Shown here in pieces: positions 1 to 9,937 of a DNA stretch of 64,000 nucleotides. The translations under genes were made by a program, and so were the position numbers. The stretch is taken from positions 434,001-498,000 of the forward strand of contig JAHDYR010000012.1 of assembly GCA_019828565.1 (NCBI GenBank), read 5' to 3'. Position 1 is the first letter of the stretch, and the number at the start of each line of letters is the position of its first letter. Source of the DNA: Carpediemonas membranifera BICM (lineage: Eukaryota > Protista > Fornicata). Below the pieces are notes generated by a model. That model had not been told where the DNA came from. It worked only from the letters and a program-made list of their open reading frames with translations, and did not search any database.

Positions 1-2087
1 GCCTTGAAGCGGGCCGCCCGAGCCTGGGGCAGCTGGGGATCCTCGGACACCGCGGCCATCTCGTCGACAGTCAGGGAGACGGTCGGCTTGGAGGCCGCCA
101 GCGCCTCCTTGACGAGCTCAGTCGTGGTCTGCAGGTTGAGGTGGACCCTGGCAGCCTCCTTCGACGCCCGACCATACATGTATACTTCCTTGTTGACCAG
201 ACACGACAGCAGCACGCGATACGTCGTCCAGTACTGCCCAACGACGGCCACAGCGTCCCCCGCCTCCCCCAGGACCTCGAGCAGGAGCATCGAGTCGGTC
301 CCACCGCACGAGGCGGCGTCCAGCTCGAGCTCCACGGGGACACCTTCAGTTGCAAGAACAGACTGAATCAGGACAAGATCTGGAGATTTGGTCTGACCGT
401 CCACGCTGACCGGCCTGGCCTTGACAGCCACTCTGACCCTGTTGTACTTCTGCCCGAAGATCTTGGGCAGGCGCGACCAAGTGACGCGAACCTTGCTATG
501 ATCTGGGACACCGGTCGCCGACATGGCCGAGTCGAGCAAGGGGTTGGCGACCATGCGGCCCTGCTCAACGGCCACCGTCCCCGCGCCCTGAGAGCTGTCC
601 GCCTTGCGGGGGGCGAGCACGAGGCCGGCGGAGACCTGCGACATGGCGAGGGAGAAGGTGCAGATCTCGTCGGGGCAGTCGAGATTGTCGAAGTCAAGCA
701 CTTTGACCGTTATTGACCCGTTGACCCCGCCGCACGCCTCCACCGGCAGCGGGATGTCCCTGAAGTCCGGCGAGAGTGTGTTGGGCCTGACCTCCGTCAT
801 GTGGATGAGCACGTCGCCGTCGGCGTGCGGGGTGGTCGGGTTGGAGTAAATCAACAGATACGGGTCCGCCCGACCGCCCTCAGTGATGGAGTCCATGCGC
901 GGCAGGCCCTTGAAGATGAACGAGCAGCGGATCTCACCCGTACTGGCATCAGCCGCGGCCGACATCGGTCTCGGGGAGAGGGTCAGGGCGAGATCCCGAC
1001 CTTGGGCGTCCTTGAGCCCGACGAACGGCATGGGGCAGTGGGTCAGCGTGTAGAAGCTCGTGGTGGCGGAGTCCAGCTCCACTATGATGTCGCCGTTGAA
1101 CTTGTAGAGGACAACCTCCAGCGGGGCGAACTCGTCCGCGATGACGTCCCGGTCGACGGGGACGGGCTCGAACTGGGCCGAGTCGTGCAGCGGGGGCGAC
1201 CGGACGACCTCCTGGCCGTTGTAGACGAGGGCGAAGAAGACGCCCTTGACGGCAAAGACGGTGGGGGCGACGAGGCTGGCGTCGAGTCGGAAGGCCCGGG
1301 GTGCAGTCGGGACGACGATGACCTTGTGCGTGGCGTCTACACGCAGCGAGGTGGGGCATCTCAGGTTGGTCGATGGGACAACAGGCACTGTTGTATCCGC
1401 CACCTTGAGGGCGCCAGGCAGGAACGTCGCGACCCCGACCTCGACGGGCGTGGAGTAATCCTCCCACGCGACGATGCGGGCCACGATCGTGTCCTCGAGG
1501 TAGTCGCCGTCTATCGTCAGCGGGGTCCATGCAAGGCGGTCGGCCTTGTGTCTGCATGCTTCGGACACGAACAGCAGGTTCCTCGGGCTAACACTGTCGC
1601 GGTAGACCTCCACTTGCTTGGCCTTGGGTGTCAGGACCGAGTCGAGCAGTCCGTTGGCCTCTAGGAGCACTTGGTGCAGGATTCGGCCTCTATTGAGCCC
1701 GTCAACAAGCGCCATGCGGTACTTGACCGCGCCCACCCACTGTTCGATGACGTCGGGAGCGCCCTGCAGGACGATCGTGTGTGGTGGCTCCGTGCCGTCT
1801 GAGGTGTCGCAGGCCTGGATCGTCATGACGTTTGCGACTTCTTGGAATAGTTCGTCCGTGCCGTAACCGAGGCGGACCGAGGCGATGTTGTCCAGGGAAA
1901 TGTGATCTCGGTAGTTATTTGGCATCAGTACATCATCGCTGTATACGAAAATGCCCATGGAATTCAAGCTTATGTAGCGGGAATGCCAACGATGCGGCCT
2001 GTGGTCCGTTCTCCGCTTCAGAACGCCGCAGATGATGGGCTTCTTAAGTGTGAAGAACGTGTCAGTAAATTCACGGGACGCAGACAT
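1..2087 (-). CDS. PH-domain plus C2-domain (copine-like C2) protein; 3' end runs off the window, so absent from the ORF track
   Basis: Manual translation from ATG at 2087 gives a frame that appears open to the window edge. N-terminus is PH-like (GVLKRRTDHRPHRWHSRYISLNSMGIFVY...EQWVGAVK). A later C2 signature reads LPRMDSITEGGRADPYL...TEVRPNTLSPDF...ITVKVLDFD. Confidence 0.8.
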   Translation of the reverse strand, partial: MSASREFTDTFFTLKKPIICGVLKRRTDHRPHRWHSRYISLNSMGIFVYSDDVLMPNNYRDHISLDNIASVRLGYGTDELFQEVANVMTIQACDTSDGTEPPHTIVLQGAPDVIEQWVGAVKYRMALVDGLNRGRILHQVLLEANGLLDSVLTPKAKQVEVYRDSVSPRNLLFVSEACRHKADRLAWTPLTIDGDYLEDTIVARIVAWEDYSTPVEVGVATFLPGALKVADTTVPVVPSTNLRCPTSLRVDATHKVIVVPTAPRAFRLDASLVAPTVFAVKGVFFALVYNGQEVVRSPPLHDSAQFEPVPVDRDVIADEFAPLEVVLYKFNGDIIVELDSATTSFYTLTHCPMPFVGLKDAQGRDLALTLSPRPMSAAADASTGEIRCSFIFKGLPRMDSITEGGRADPYLLIYSNPTTPHADGDVLIHMTEVRPNTLSPDFRDIPLPVEACGGVNGSITVKVLDFDNLDCPDEICTFSLAMSQVSAGLVLAPRKADSSQGAGTVAVEQGRMVANPLLDSAMSATGVPDHSKVRVTWSRLPKIFGQKYNRVRVAVKARPVSVDGQTKSPDLVLIQSVLATEGVPVELELDAASCGGTDSMLLLEVLGEAGDAVAVVGQYWTTYRVLLSCLVNKEVYMYGRASKEAARVHLNLQTTTELVKEALAASKPTVSLTVDEMAAVSEDPQLPQARAARFK

Positions 2088-2409
2088 ATATGCGGGGCAA
2101 AGGGCTCGGGGAAAGTTTCGGCGCCGAGCAGTTGTGCCAACAAGCTCTGTGCAGGTTTGCCGCTGAGTGCCTGGGGTCGAGAGGGTGTCTGCGTGCACGA
2201 GAGTACATGGCGTCAGGGTATTCGGGGCTCACAATTCATCGCCAACACTCAACTCCGAGAGCGGGTGGTGACCCCAATGGAACTTGGAGATGGGGGTGGT
2301 GAACAGGCAAACTGTCCAAGCCGTCTGACATGGCCAAATCATTTCAATTACAGCTATTAATAATAACCACGGCATTTATTATTAATGTCCATGGCCTAAT
2401 AAAATAGCA

Positions 2410-5400
2410 CTAGAATAACAACGGCTGGAACTTCTCCGGCGGCTTCACGAACCGCATCACCTGCGGCCGCGACCCACCCCACATATCCCGCAGACTGCTG
2501 GGCGGCCGGCGGACCCTCACAGCACTGGCGTCCGACCCCCGCTCCGAGTCGGTGTCGTCTGGTGTCGACTCGGCCGACTCCTCCTTGTCGAGCCGCAGCT
2601 TACGATCGCCCAGTGGCGTCCGTACGACCCGACCACCCTCGTACTCATACAGGCCCGCAGGACGGGGTCGGGGGGAGCGGACGCTGGCCGGGCTCGACGG
2701 CGGCTGGGGTGTGGCCGGGGGCCGTGCGGTGTTGAGCCGACTGAGGACGTCGTCGCCGGTGCTCTCTGACAGGAGCACCTGCCCGCTGGTGGCGATGACG
2801 GCGACGTGGCCGCTGTCGAGCCCCACGGCGAACGCGGACGCCACGCTAAGCGGGATGACGGCCGAGACCGTGGCGTTGGATGTTATCGTGAACTCCGCAC
2901 AGGGTCTCAGCTTCTCGTGACCGCCGTCCACCAGGCTGTAGAGGAAGACCCTGGAGCCCTCCACGGCCGCCAGGGTCGGTGGGGACGAGAGCGCGGCGAT
3001 GCGGGCGGGCGACACCTCGAGGCAGTCAGCCTGAATCATAGGGGATGCCGAGAGCGGCGCGACCAGGTGAACCTTGCCCGACTGGGTTAGTACAGCGATA
3101 CGATCTGAAGATATGACCGCCATATCCACTATCCCGCCGATATCCGTGTCAAGCTGGTGGACCTGCTGTCTGTTGCCCCGGAACGGGTCCCACGTCGCCA
3201 CGACACCGTCCGTGCTGGCGGTGACCAGGAACGGCTGTCGCGTGTTGGTCGCGTTCCTCTGCTCGTACGGGTTGGTCGGCTCGTCTCTCACGGGCGAGTG
3301 CGGGATGTCACCCGGGGACACAAGCTTGTCGACGGCGACGATGTCCCCGGTGTGTCCCGAGAGGTCCCGGACGCCAACCGTGAAGACAGTGTCGATCTTG
3401 TCGTCATACTGGTAGCACCGGCCCTGGCCGAATCCCACAGTGTACGGGAAGTCCGTCGGGTCCGAGTCGACGAACATCGAGACAACCTCCCCGCTCCCAG
3501 CTGCACCCGAGACGGCCGCTGCAACCCTGGTGCCAGTGTACGGCTCGAAGCGGGCGAACGTGCCGGCCACCGTGCCTACCAGGAGCCGCTTCCCCGTCCT
3601 GTCGATGGCCGCGGCCGTGATGTCTGCCCCCAGGGCGAGGGCCAGTGACCGCACCTGCTGCAGGGCCGTGGACGAGGCCGAGTACGCCCAAACGTGGCCC
3701 ACACCGCCCTGGTCGACGCTGGCGAACACGGCGTCGGCCACTGCGAGCTCCAGCGCCGTGTTCAAGGCGACACACGCGACAACCTTCCTCTCGTGTGGTC
3801 GGGCGGGCAGGGGGCCGATCGTGGCAGTGACACACGGCCCGGACTCGGGTCTGGGGGTCCACGAGGGGGCGGGTGACAGTCTACCCGCGGGCTGAGAGAG
3901 GGCCGTGTTGAACACAGAGGCGAGGGGCCACAGACGAATGAACGAGCCCGCCGTGAGGAGAATTCCGGCTTTCCGGTCGAACACAGCGGCCGTGAACCTG
4001 TCGATAGGGGTGTGTGTGGTGGGGTCATGCACCGTCTGGATCGGCTGGAGGGAGGATAGCGAGTACGTCACGATCAGCTTCTCCGCGAACACCACGATGG
4101 CGCAGTTGAGGCTCTCCAGCAGGACTACGGCGATGGGGCTGCCCTTGTCGAGGTTGACCGTCGCCGTCGGGTCGTTGACGAATGGGGACCACAACTTGAG
4201 AGTATGGTCGGTCCCGACGGAGACGAGCATCTTCGTAGCTGCGTCGTAGTCGATGCAAATGATGCCCCCCGCGTGTCTGCCGAGTCTCCTGGTCGGGGCG
4301 AGTGTCTTGGCGGACCACAGGGCCATCCGGCCATCTCCGCCGGCACTGACGATGAGGGGGCGGTCCTCGACGTCCTCAAACGTCTGGATGCAGTTCACCC
4401 ACGCTGCCCCGTGCTCCTTGGTCGTCTTGACCAGCTTCATCGTCTCGGCGTCGAAGAACATGACCGCGCCCCCTACTGTTCCTACCATGATCACCGTCTG
4501 GACCTCCCCTGTGGGCCTCTCGGGCGGCCTCCACTTCCCCACACGGACCTTGGCCGGCCGACGGCGGGTCCGCTTCTTCCGGGTCGGCACCTTCTTCCTG
4601 GCGGTACCCTCGCTGGCGTCCGACACCAACGGGCCCGCGGGTCTGGCGAACCAGGCTACCCCCGTCACCGGGGCCCCGACGTCGGCCCTGAAGACGGGCA
4701 CGTATGCGTCGTCCAGCAGCAGTGCCTCGCCCCTGAGCGTACCCACTAGAAGGTACTGCACCCGCTTCACAGTGATGCGGCAGACCGACGTGCACCATGT
4801 CTGGAGTGACTTCTGCACGGCCGAGGTGATGGTAGGCCGCCCCGGATCTCCTGGGTGCAGGATGTCGTCCCGAGTGACCTTCTTTGCTGCCTTATGACGC
4901 CGCTTGTACTGCGATGATCTCGGACGGAACGTCGCCGCGGGACCAGGCGTGCGGGGCGGGGCGGGCGGCGTCATCGTCCGGGCCAGCGTGTCTGTCAGCA
5001 GGGTCGGCCTGTGGAGCCCGTGGGACGTGCTCGGTCGGGCTGGGGCAGGGGACCGCGGCGTCATGGGCCGCTGAGGTGTGCTGGGCCGGATGTTGCGGCT
5101 CGTCATGTAGTTCTCCGTGGCCGACGGCGTGCCCCCCATGAACCTCCCCGGCCGCTCCACCGTCTTCGGCGGCAATGTCATTCCCGTCGGCAGTACCGGG
5201 GCCGGAGGCCGCTGGGATGGCAGCGGGTCCTCTGCCCGTCGGCTGTACCCCACGTAGTCCGTCCTCCGTCGGCGGGACTCGGTTGGGTCGAGCTCCTTGT
5301 CGTCAGGCAGGCCCGTGTCTGCTATCACCGCGGGCAGGGTCGACGTGCCCATGGCTGGCGCCCCGACGTCCGCGTGGGGATCTAGCACAGACCGGAAGGC

Positions 5401-6060
5401 CCTGGGCGGCTTGGAGTCGAGCCCAGTCACCCCTGTAACAGGAACCCGGTGCCAGAGGTGCGCCACGCCGTCGTGCCCGACCGAAACCCACTCACTCCCA
5501 GTCACGGCGAGCACCTCGATGTTCTTACGGTGACCAAAGCGCTCAATGACCGCGGGAGTCTGCGGGTAGGCCTGCTTGACGACGCCCGTGTCAGCGGGGT
5601 TCGCCTTCTCGAGGACCCGGTCGACACAAACTCTCGTCTGCGTCGTGATCGCCGTCATCAGCGCCAGAAAGGTCACCGTACCGTCTGATGTGTCCATTGG
5701 GTCTGATTTCTTCTTCAAGACGTCGAAGATGACATCTGCTGCGTGTGAGGCGACGCCCAGATTCTGCGAGAGGCATTCCACGAAATTATCGCGGGTAAGG
5801 CCCGGCAACTTCTTCTTGCGACGGTTTCCAGCACCGACAAACTTCGTTTCTATGCTCGCTATGGGCGCTTCCTTGTTCTGTTCGTCTAAACGCGCCGCGA
5901 AATCGAAGCGCAGCCGCAGAAGCTGCTCTTCAGTCTCAACTGAGAGTGGATTGAGTTTCTCAGACTCTAGCTCAAGCTCTGGTATTGAAATATCCATGCT
6001 CGCCTTGGTCGGAGTTCTTCCTCGGACCGCGGTGTTTCGCCTTGACGAGATCATTTCCAT
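2410..6060 (-). CDS. Large WD40-repeat protein (possibly WDR49/WDR64-like)
   Basis: About 1216-aa ORF with multiple WD repeats (SVGHDGVAHLW, SAGGDGRMALW, SVGTDHTLKLW, TASTDGVVATWD). First ATG is at 6060. Confidence 0.85.
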   Translation of the reverse strand: MEMISSRRNTAVRGRTPTKASMDISIPELELESEKLNPLSVETEEQLLRLRFDFAARLDEQNKEAPIASIETKFVGAGNRRKKKLPGLTRDNFVECLSQNLGVASHAADVIFDVLKKKSDPMDTSDGTVTFLALMTAITTQTRVCVDRVLEKANPADTGVVKQAYPQTPAVIERFGHRKNIEVLAVTGSEWVSVGHDGVAHLWHRVPVTGVTGLDSKPPRAFRSVLDPHADVGAPAMGTSTLPAVIADTGLPDDKELDPTESRRRRTDYVGYSRRAEDPLPSQRPPAPVLPTGMTLPPKTVERPGRFMGGTPSATENYMTSRNIRPSTPQRPMTPRSPAPARPSTSHGLHRPTLLTDTLARTMTPPAPPRTPGPAATFRPRSSQYKRRHKAAKKVTRDDILHPGDPGRPTITSAVQKSLQTWCTSVCRITVKRVQYLLVGTLRGEALLLDDAYVPVFRADVGAPVTGVAWFARPAGPLVSDASEGTARKKVPTRKKRTRRRPAKVRVGKWRPPERPTGEVQTVIMVGTVGGAVMFFDAETMKLVKTTKEHGAAWVNCIQTFEDVEDRPLIVSAGGDGRMALWSAKTLAPTRRLGRHAGGIICIDYDAATKMLVSVGTDHTLKLWSPFVNDPTATVNLDKGSPIAVVLLESLNCAIVVFAEKLIVTYSLSSLQPIQTVHDPTTHTPIDRFTAAVFDRKAGILLTAGSFIRLWPLASVFNTALSQPAGRLSPAPSWTPRPESGPCVTATIGPLPARPHERKVVACVALNTALELAVADAVFASVDQGGVGHVWAYSASSTALQQVRSLALALGADITAAAIDRTGKRLLVGTVAGTFARFEPYTGTRVAAAVSGAAGSGEVVSMFVDSDPTDFPYTVGFGQGRCYQYDDKIDTVFTVGVRDLSGHTGDIVAVDKLVSPGDIPHSPVRDEPTNPYEQRNATNTRQPFLVTASTDGVVATWDPFRGNRQQVHQLDTDIGGIVDMAVISSDRIAVLTQSGKVHLVAPLSASPMIQADCLEVSPARIAALSSPPTLAAVEGSRVFLYSLVDGGHEKLRPCAEFTITSNATVSAVIPLSVASAFAVGLDSGHVAVIATSGQVLLSESTGDDVLSRLNTARPPATPQPPSSPASVRSPRPRPAGLYEYEGGRVVRTPLGDRKLRLDKEESAESTPDDTDSERGSDASAVRVRRPPSSLRDMWGGSRPQVMRFVKPPEKFQPLLF

Positions 6061-6191
6061 TCCACCCACCTCACCGCATGGCCGGGCCAGGCTAGCATGC
6101 GCCGTGCCACTGCGGTGGGCGGCCGAGGGTTATTCTGCGAAATACCGCCGGTCAACTCCATTGCCGATGACATGCACCAAGCAGCTGGAAC

Positions 6192-8450
6192 ATGGATTTC
6201 GAGGATAGCCTTGGTTCTAACGCAATACCAGTCATGCCTTGCACGATACGAACACGACAGGCCACTGCAGTACCGCCAGTGACTCCTGCTGGGCCCCGGA
6301 AGCGTCTGGAGCGCCCGATTAAGAATCTGCAGGCCATTAGGTCGCTGGAATCTGCGACATTCGACGAGATCTTCGAGCTGAGCTCCATCCAGTACATCCA
6401 GGACTCCATGGCCGATGCCCTCGGGATCTCCGCCCAAATCGTTGCCTCGGACGGCCGGCGCATGACGACGTGGTCGCGCGAGTGCCGCATCTACGACTTT
6501 ATCATCAAGCAGAGCCCCAATAGAGCCCCCGGTGCGAGTGAACGGTATGCGAGGGCCTGGTGCCAGCGTGACCTGGGCCTGCTCGTGTCCGCGATCGGCC
6601 TTTACATGGGCCGCAGGAAGCTCGCGGACTGGGTCATTGGGTACGTCCGCAGGCCAGGACAACCCTACCCCCCTGACGCGAAGGCCTTCCTCTTGGGGCG
6701 GGGTCTGGAGGGCGAGGAGTTCGACGAGATGTGGAGGGAGCTGGGCGAGGTCGACGAGGAGCAGTTCGCATACGACGCCAAGTTTTTGCGGCAATTCAGC
6801 GCCCAATTGACCCAGCTGGCGTTCAAATCGATTCAGAACCAGCAGATCTCGATCTCCCTTAAGGAGAAGAACGCTATGCTGAGGCAGAAGAGCCGGCTCC
6901 TCGATAGCATCGTCAAGGAGCGGACTCGGGCGCTGCTCAAGGTCAACAAGCAGCTCTCCCTCTCGCTCCAGACGCGGCGACTCTTCCTGAGTCGAATCAG
7001 CCACGACATGCGGACGCCGCTGCTGGGGGTGTACGGCGTCGCACAGCTGCTCGTGGACGACAGCCAGAGCGGAGTCATGACACCCGAGGAGCGGCGGTCA
7101 TCCCTCCAGATCATGAGATCATCAACTGAGATCTTGATGTCATTCATCGACCAACTGCTTGATTTCTCCAGGCTGGAGGCGTCCGAGGAGGACAGGACGC
7201 TGTCTCTGTTGGAGGAGAAGGCCATCGACGTCGGGGCCTTCGCGACGAGTCTGGTCGGGTTGTTCAACGGCTCGGCCATGCAGAAGCGGCTCGCAATCAC
7301 CACCGACGTCCAGCCGAGCACGGGCAAGGCGCTGCTGTGCGACCCCCTCCGTGTTGCCCAGGTCGTCAGCAACTTCCTCGGAAATGCCGTGAAGTTCAGC
7401 GGGGTCGGGGGGGCGATCAGCATCACTGTCAGCCGGCTAGTCGTCGGCCAGTCGCCCTACAGGCTGCTGCCGGACTCGAGGTTTGCGGTCATCAACAGGT
7501 CCGAGGCGTCTTCCCCCCTAATGATGCGGGTCCCTTTCCAGCGACTGTACTCGCGGGTCGAGGCCCTCCCCCTCCTGCCACAGGCCACTGAGGAGACGGA
7601 GGTGCTGTGTCTCACCTTTGCCGATACAGGGCCGGGGATCGCGGAGACGCGGCTATACGCGATATTCAGCGCCTTCTCCCAGGAGGATGTGAGCACACCG
7701 CGTGTCTACGGCGGGTCTGGGCTGGGGCTATCGATGTGTAGGTCCATATGCGTCGACATGTACCGCGGCGTGATCACCGTGTGCAACCAGCCCCCTCCCC
7801 TGCAGGGGGCCGTGTTCTCGGCTTTCATCCCGTTGAAGACGAGTGAGCTCACGCCGTTTGATCCTTTCAAAACGATGACCGCCATCCACCCCATCTTCAA
7901 GCGGCGGGGCGTTGACTACCAGCAGGACCTACAGGCCAGCATCACCGCGGTCCCTAAGCTGGAGAGCAAGGAGCCGGGGCCGGACTTCAAGGGCATCCGG
8001 ATCCTGGTCGTGGATGATCTCGACGTCAACCGCATCATCGTAGGGCGGCTGCTGAACGTCGCGCTGAGGAAAGCAAAGCAGGAAGGGCATATTTCTTATG
8101 CGAGTGGGGGTCACGAGTGCGTCAAGCTCGCGGCCGCCCACCATTATGATATCAGTGTGTTCACACCACGACAACGGCTTTACATAGTATTCCTCGATTT
8201 GCATATGCCGAACGACCTCGACGGCCATGAGGTCGTCAAGACCATCCGCAGCAAGGAAGCGATCATGGGTGTCGCACCAGAGGAACACCAGGTCATCCTA
8301 GCCCTGACGGCGATGGTGTCGCATGACATGATAGACCTGTGCGCCAAGGAGGGCTTCGACGGCTATCTTAGTAAGCCGTTCAAGCAGGCCGAGCTGCAGA
8401 GCATCCTCGAGAAGCACTGTGGGGTTAGCCCACCACCGGGCGCGGGATAG
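6192..8450 (+). CDS. Hybrid sensor histidine kinase: PocR-like sensor, HisKA, HATPase, receiver; probable 33-nt intron at 8155-8187
   Basis: H-box SHDMRTPL, N-box NFLGNAVKF, G1 DTGPGI, G2 GGSGLGL, receiver VVDD...FLDLHMP...KPF. N-terminus IQDSMADALGISAQIVASDG...WVIGYV resembles PocR. Confidence 0.9.
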   Translation: MDFEDSLGSNAIPVMPCTIRTRQATAVPPVTPAGPRKRLERPIKNLQAIRSLESATFDEIFELSSIQYIQDSMADALGISAQIVASDGRRMTTWSRECRIYDFIIKQSPNRAPGASERYARAWCQRDLGLLVSAIGLYMGRRKLADWVIGYVRRPGQPYPPDAKAFLLGRGLEGEEFDEMWRELGEVDEEQFAYDAKFLRQFSAQLTQLAFKSIQNQQISISLKEKNAMLRQKSRLLDSIVKERTRALLKVNKQLSLSLQTRRLFLSRISHDMRTPLLGVYGVAQLLVDDSQSGVMTPEERRSSLQIMRSSTEILMSFIDQLLDFSRLEASEEDRTLSLLEEKAIDVGAFATSLVGLFNGSAMQKRLAITTDVQPSTGKALLCDPLRVAQVVSNFLGNAVKFSGVGGAISITVSRLVVGQSPYRLLPDSRFAVINRSEASSPLMMRVPFQRLYSRVEALPLLPQATEETEVLCLTFADTGPGIAETRLYAIFSAFSQEDVSTPRVYGGSGLGLSMCRSICVDMYRGVITVCNQPPPLQGAVFSAFIPLKTSELTPFDPFKTMTAIHPIFKRRGVDYQQDLQASITAVPKLESKEPGPDFKGIRILVVDDLDVNRIIVGRLLNVALRKAKQEGHISYASGGHECVKLAAAHHYDISVFTPRQRLYIVFLDLHMPNDLDGHEVVKTIRSKEAIMGVAPEEHQVILALTAMVSHDMIDLCAKEGFDGYLSKPFKQAELQSILEKHCGVSPPPGAG

Positions 8451-8677
8451 GACCCTGGTCGGCAACCGGTAAACGCCGATTTATCGCTCCGTGAATATTG
8501 CGATTTTCTGAGATCAGGAAACGGGTGGATAATCTCAGATCGAATTCTTGGCGGTAGCGCAATGCGGCCCACATGCCCCCACTGCTTCACCAGGCCCCAC
8601 ACTCTACTGTGTGCCTGGGGGCCGAGTTGGGACTCGCGGTCACTTCGTAGTTGGAGTTCCCTGCGAACCCGAAGCAA

Positions 8678-9718
8678 ATGGCAGAGAAGAACACAAGAAA
8701 GCCAGCTGCGCAAGAAAGAAAGGAAAAGAAACGCACGGGGCCATCTCCGGCTGAGCTGAAGGAGATCCTCGAGTGGTCTCGGTCCCATCTGCAACCATAC
8801 GTCCAGGATGAGATGTCGACATACGATCACATCAAGAGGATCCTCTTCGCCTTCATATGGCCTCTTAGAGTCATTGGCTGCATCATTCCAGGCTTCCTCT
8901 GGGGTGTCATCATGCGTCTTCACGTCGCGTTGATGCCAAGCGGACTCTATCGCTTCCAGAAGGTCTACATGATGTGGCTCGAGTCGTGGCTCGCCCTCAT
9001 CTCCATCTACTTCCTCGGCCTGCACGTCCACGTCCACGGCAAGTTCGCCCCCCGCATGAAGGACGGCCGTTGGATCCCCATCGTGGCCAACCACCAGAGC
9101 TTCTTCGACATCTACAGCCTCGTCACACAACGGAAGATCTCATACGTTGCCCGTGCCGACACTGTTGATTTTCCCATCTTCGGCGTCGGGTCCGTCAACT
9201 CCGACTGCGTCTTCGTCGATCGTCAGGCGGCGGCTTCCAGGGACAAGGCCCGGGCGCAGATCAAGAAGCGTATCGAGGATCCCGAGGCCATCTCACCACT
9301 CGTCGTTTTCCCCGAGGGCACCACAACCAACGGCAAGTACGTTGTGCCCTTCAAGACGTCCATCTTCGAGACCGGCTCCCCCGTCCAGCCCGTCATCATC
9401 GAGTACGCACACAACCACCGCCGCATCGGCTGGTGCCAGGTCTCCCTGCTCGAGCACGTCCGCATTGTCGGCTCGCAGTTCCACACCAGGGTCGACGTCC
9501 ATGTACTGCCCGTGTACACGCCGACGCAGGAGGAGCTCGACAACCCGGGCCTGTACGCGGAGAACGTCAGGCAGTACATGGCCAAGCAGGGCAAGCTCCA
9601 GCTGAGCGAGGTCAAGACCCGCAACAGCTTCAACCTCGTCAAGGCCCTCGCCGGGAAAATCTCCCTGGATGAGCTAAAGAGGCTGTACGATGAGAGCCAC
9701 GCCGTCAACCTCAACTGA
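8678..9718 (+). CDS. Lysophospholipid acyltransferase (LPCAT/PlsC family)
   Basis: Motifs NHQSFFD and FPEGTTTNG, plus N-terminal hydrophobic segments. ATG at 8678. Confidence 0.9.
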   Translation: MAEKNTRKPAAQERKEKKRTGPSPAELKEILEWSRSHLQPYVQDEMSTYDHIKRILFAFIWPLRVIGCIIPGFLWGVIMRLHVALMPSGLYRFQKVYMMWLESWLALISIYFLGLHVHVHGKFAPRMKDGRWIPIVANHQSFFDIYSLVTQRKISYVARADTVDFPIFGVGSVNSDCVFVDRQAAASRDKARAQIKKRIEDPEAISPLVVFPEGTTTNGKYVVPFKTSIFETGSPVQPVIIEYAHNHRRIGWCQVSLLEHVRIVGSQFHTRVDVHVLPVYTPTQEELDNPGLYAENVRQYMAKQGKLQLSEVKTRNSFNLVKALAGKISLDELKRLYDESHAVNLN

Positions 9719-9937
9719 CGATAAGGAATCGTGGCGTGATGGTGTATAAAGTTTTATTTGTGGGATTGATCCTTAAACTGCACTGCAGGTAAATGCGGGA
9801 GGGGGCTACGACGAGAAGATCTGAGCGACTAGACACTGGCTGATGTGTCCCTTTAGCCTCTGTGCTCTCTGGCGAGGGCCGGGCCGGTCGAGATCGAGGT
9901 GGATCTCATCACCAAGATTCACAAAGGACAAAAGACG

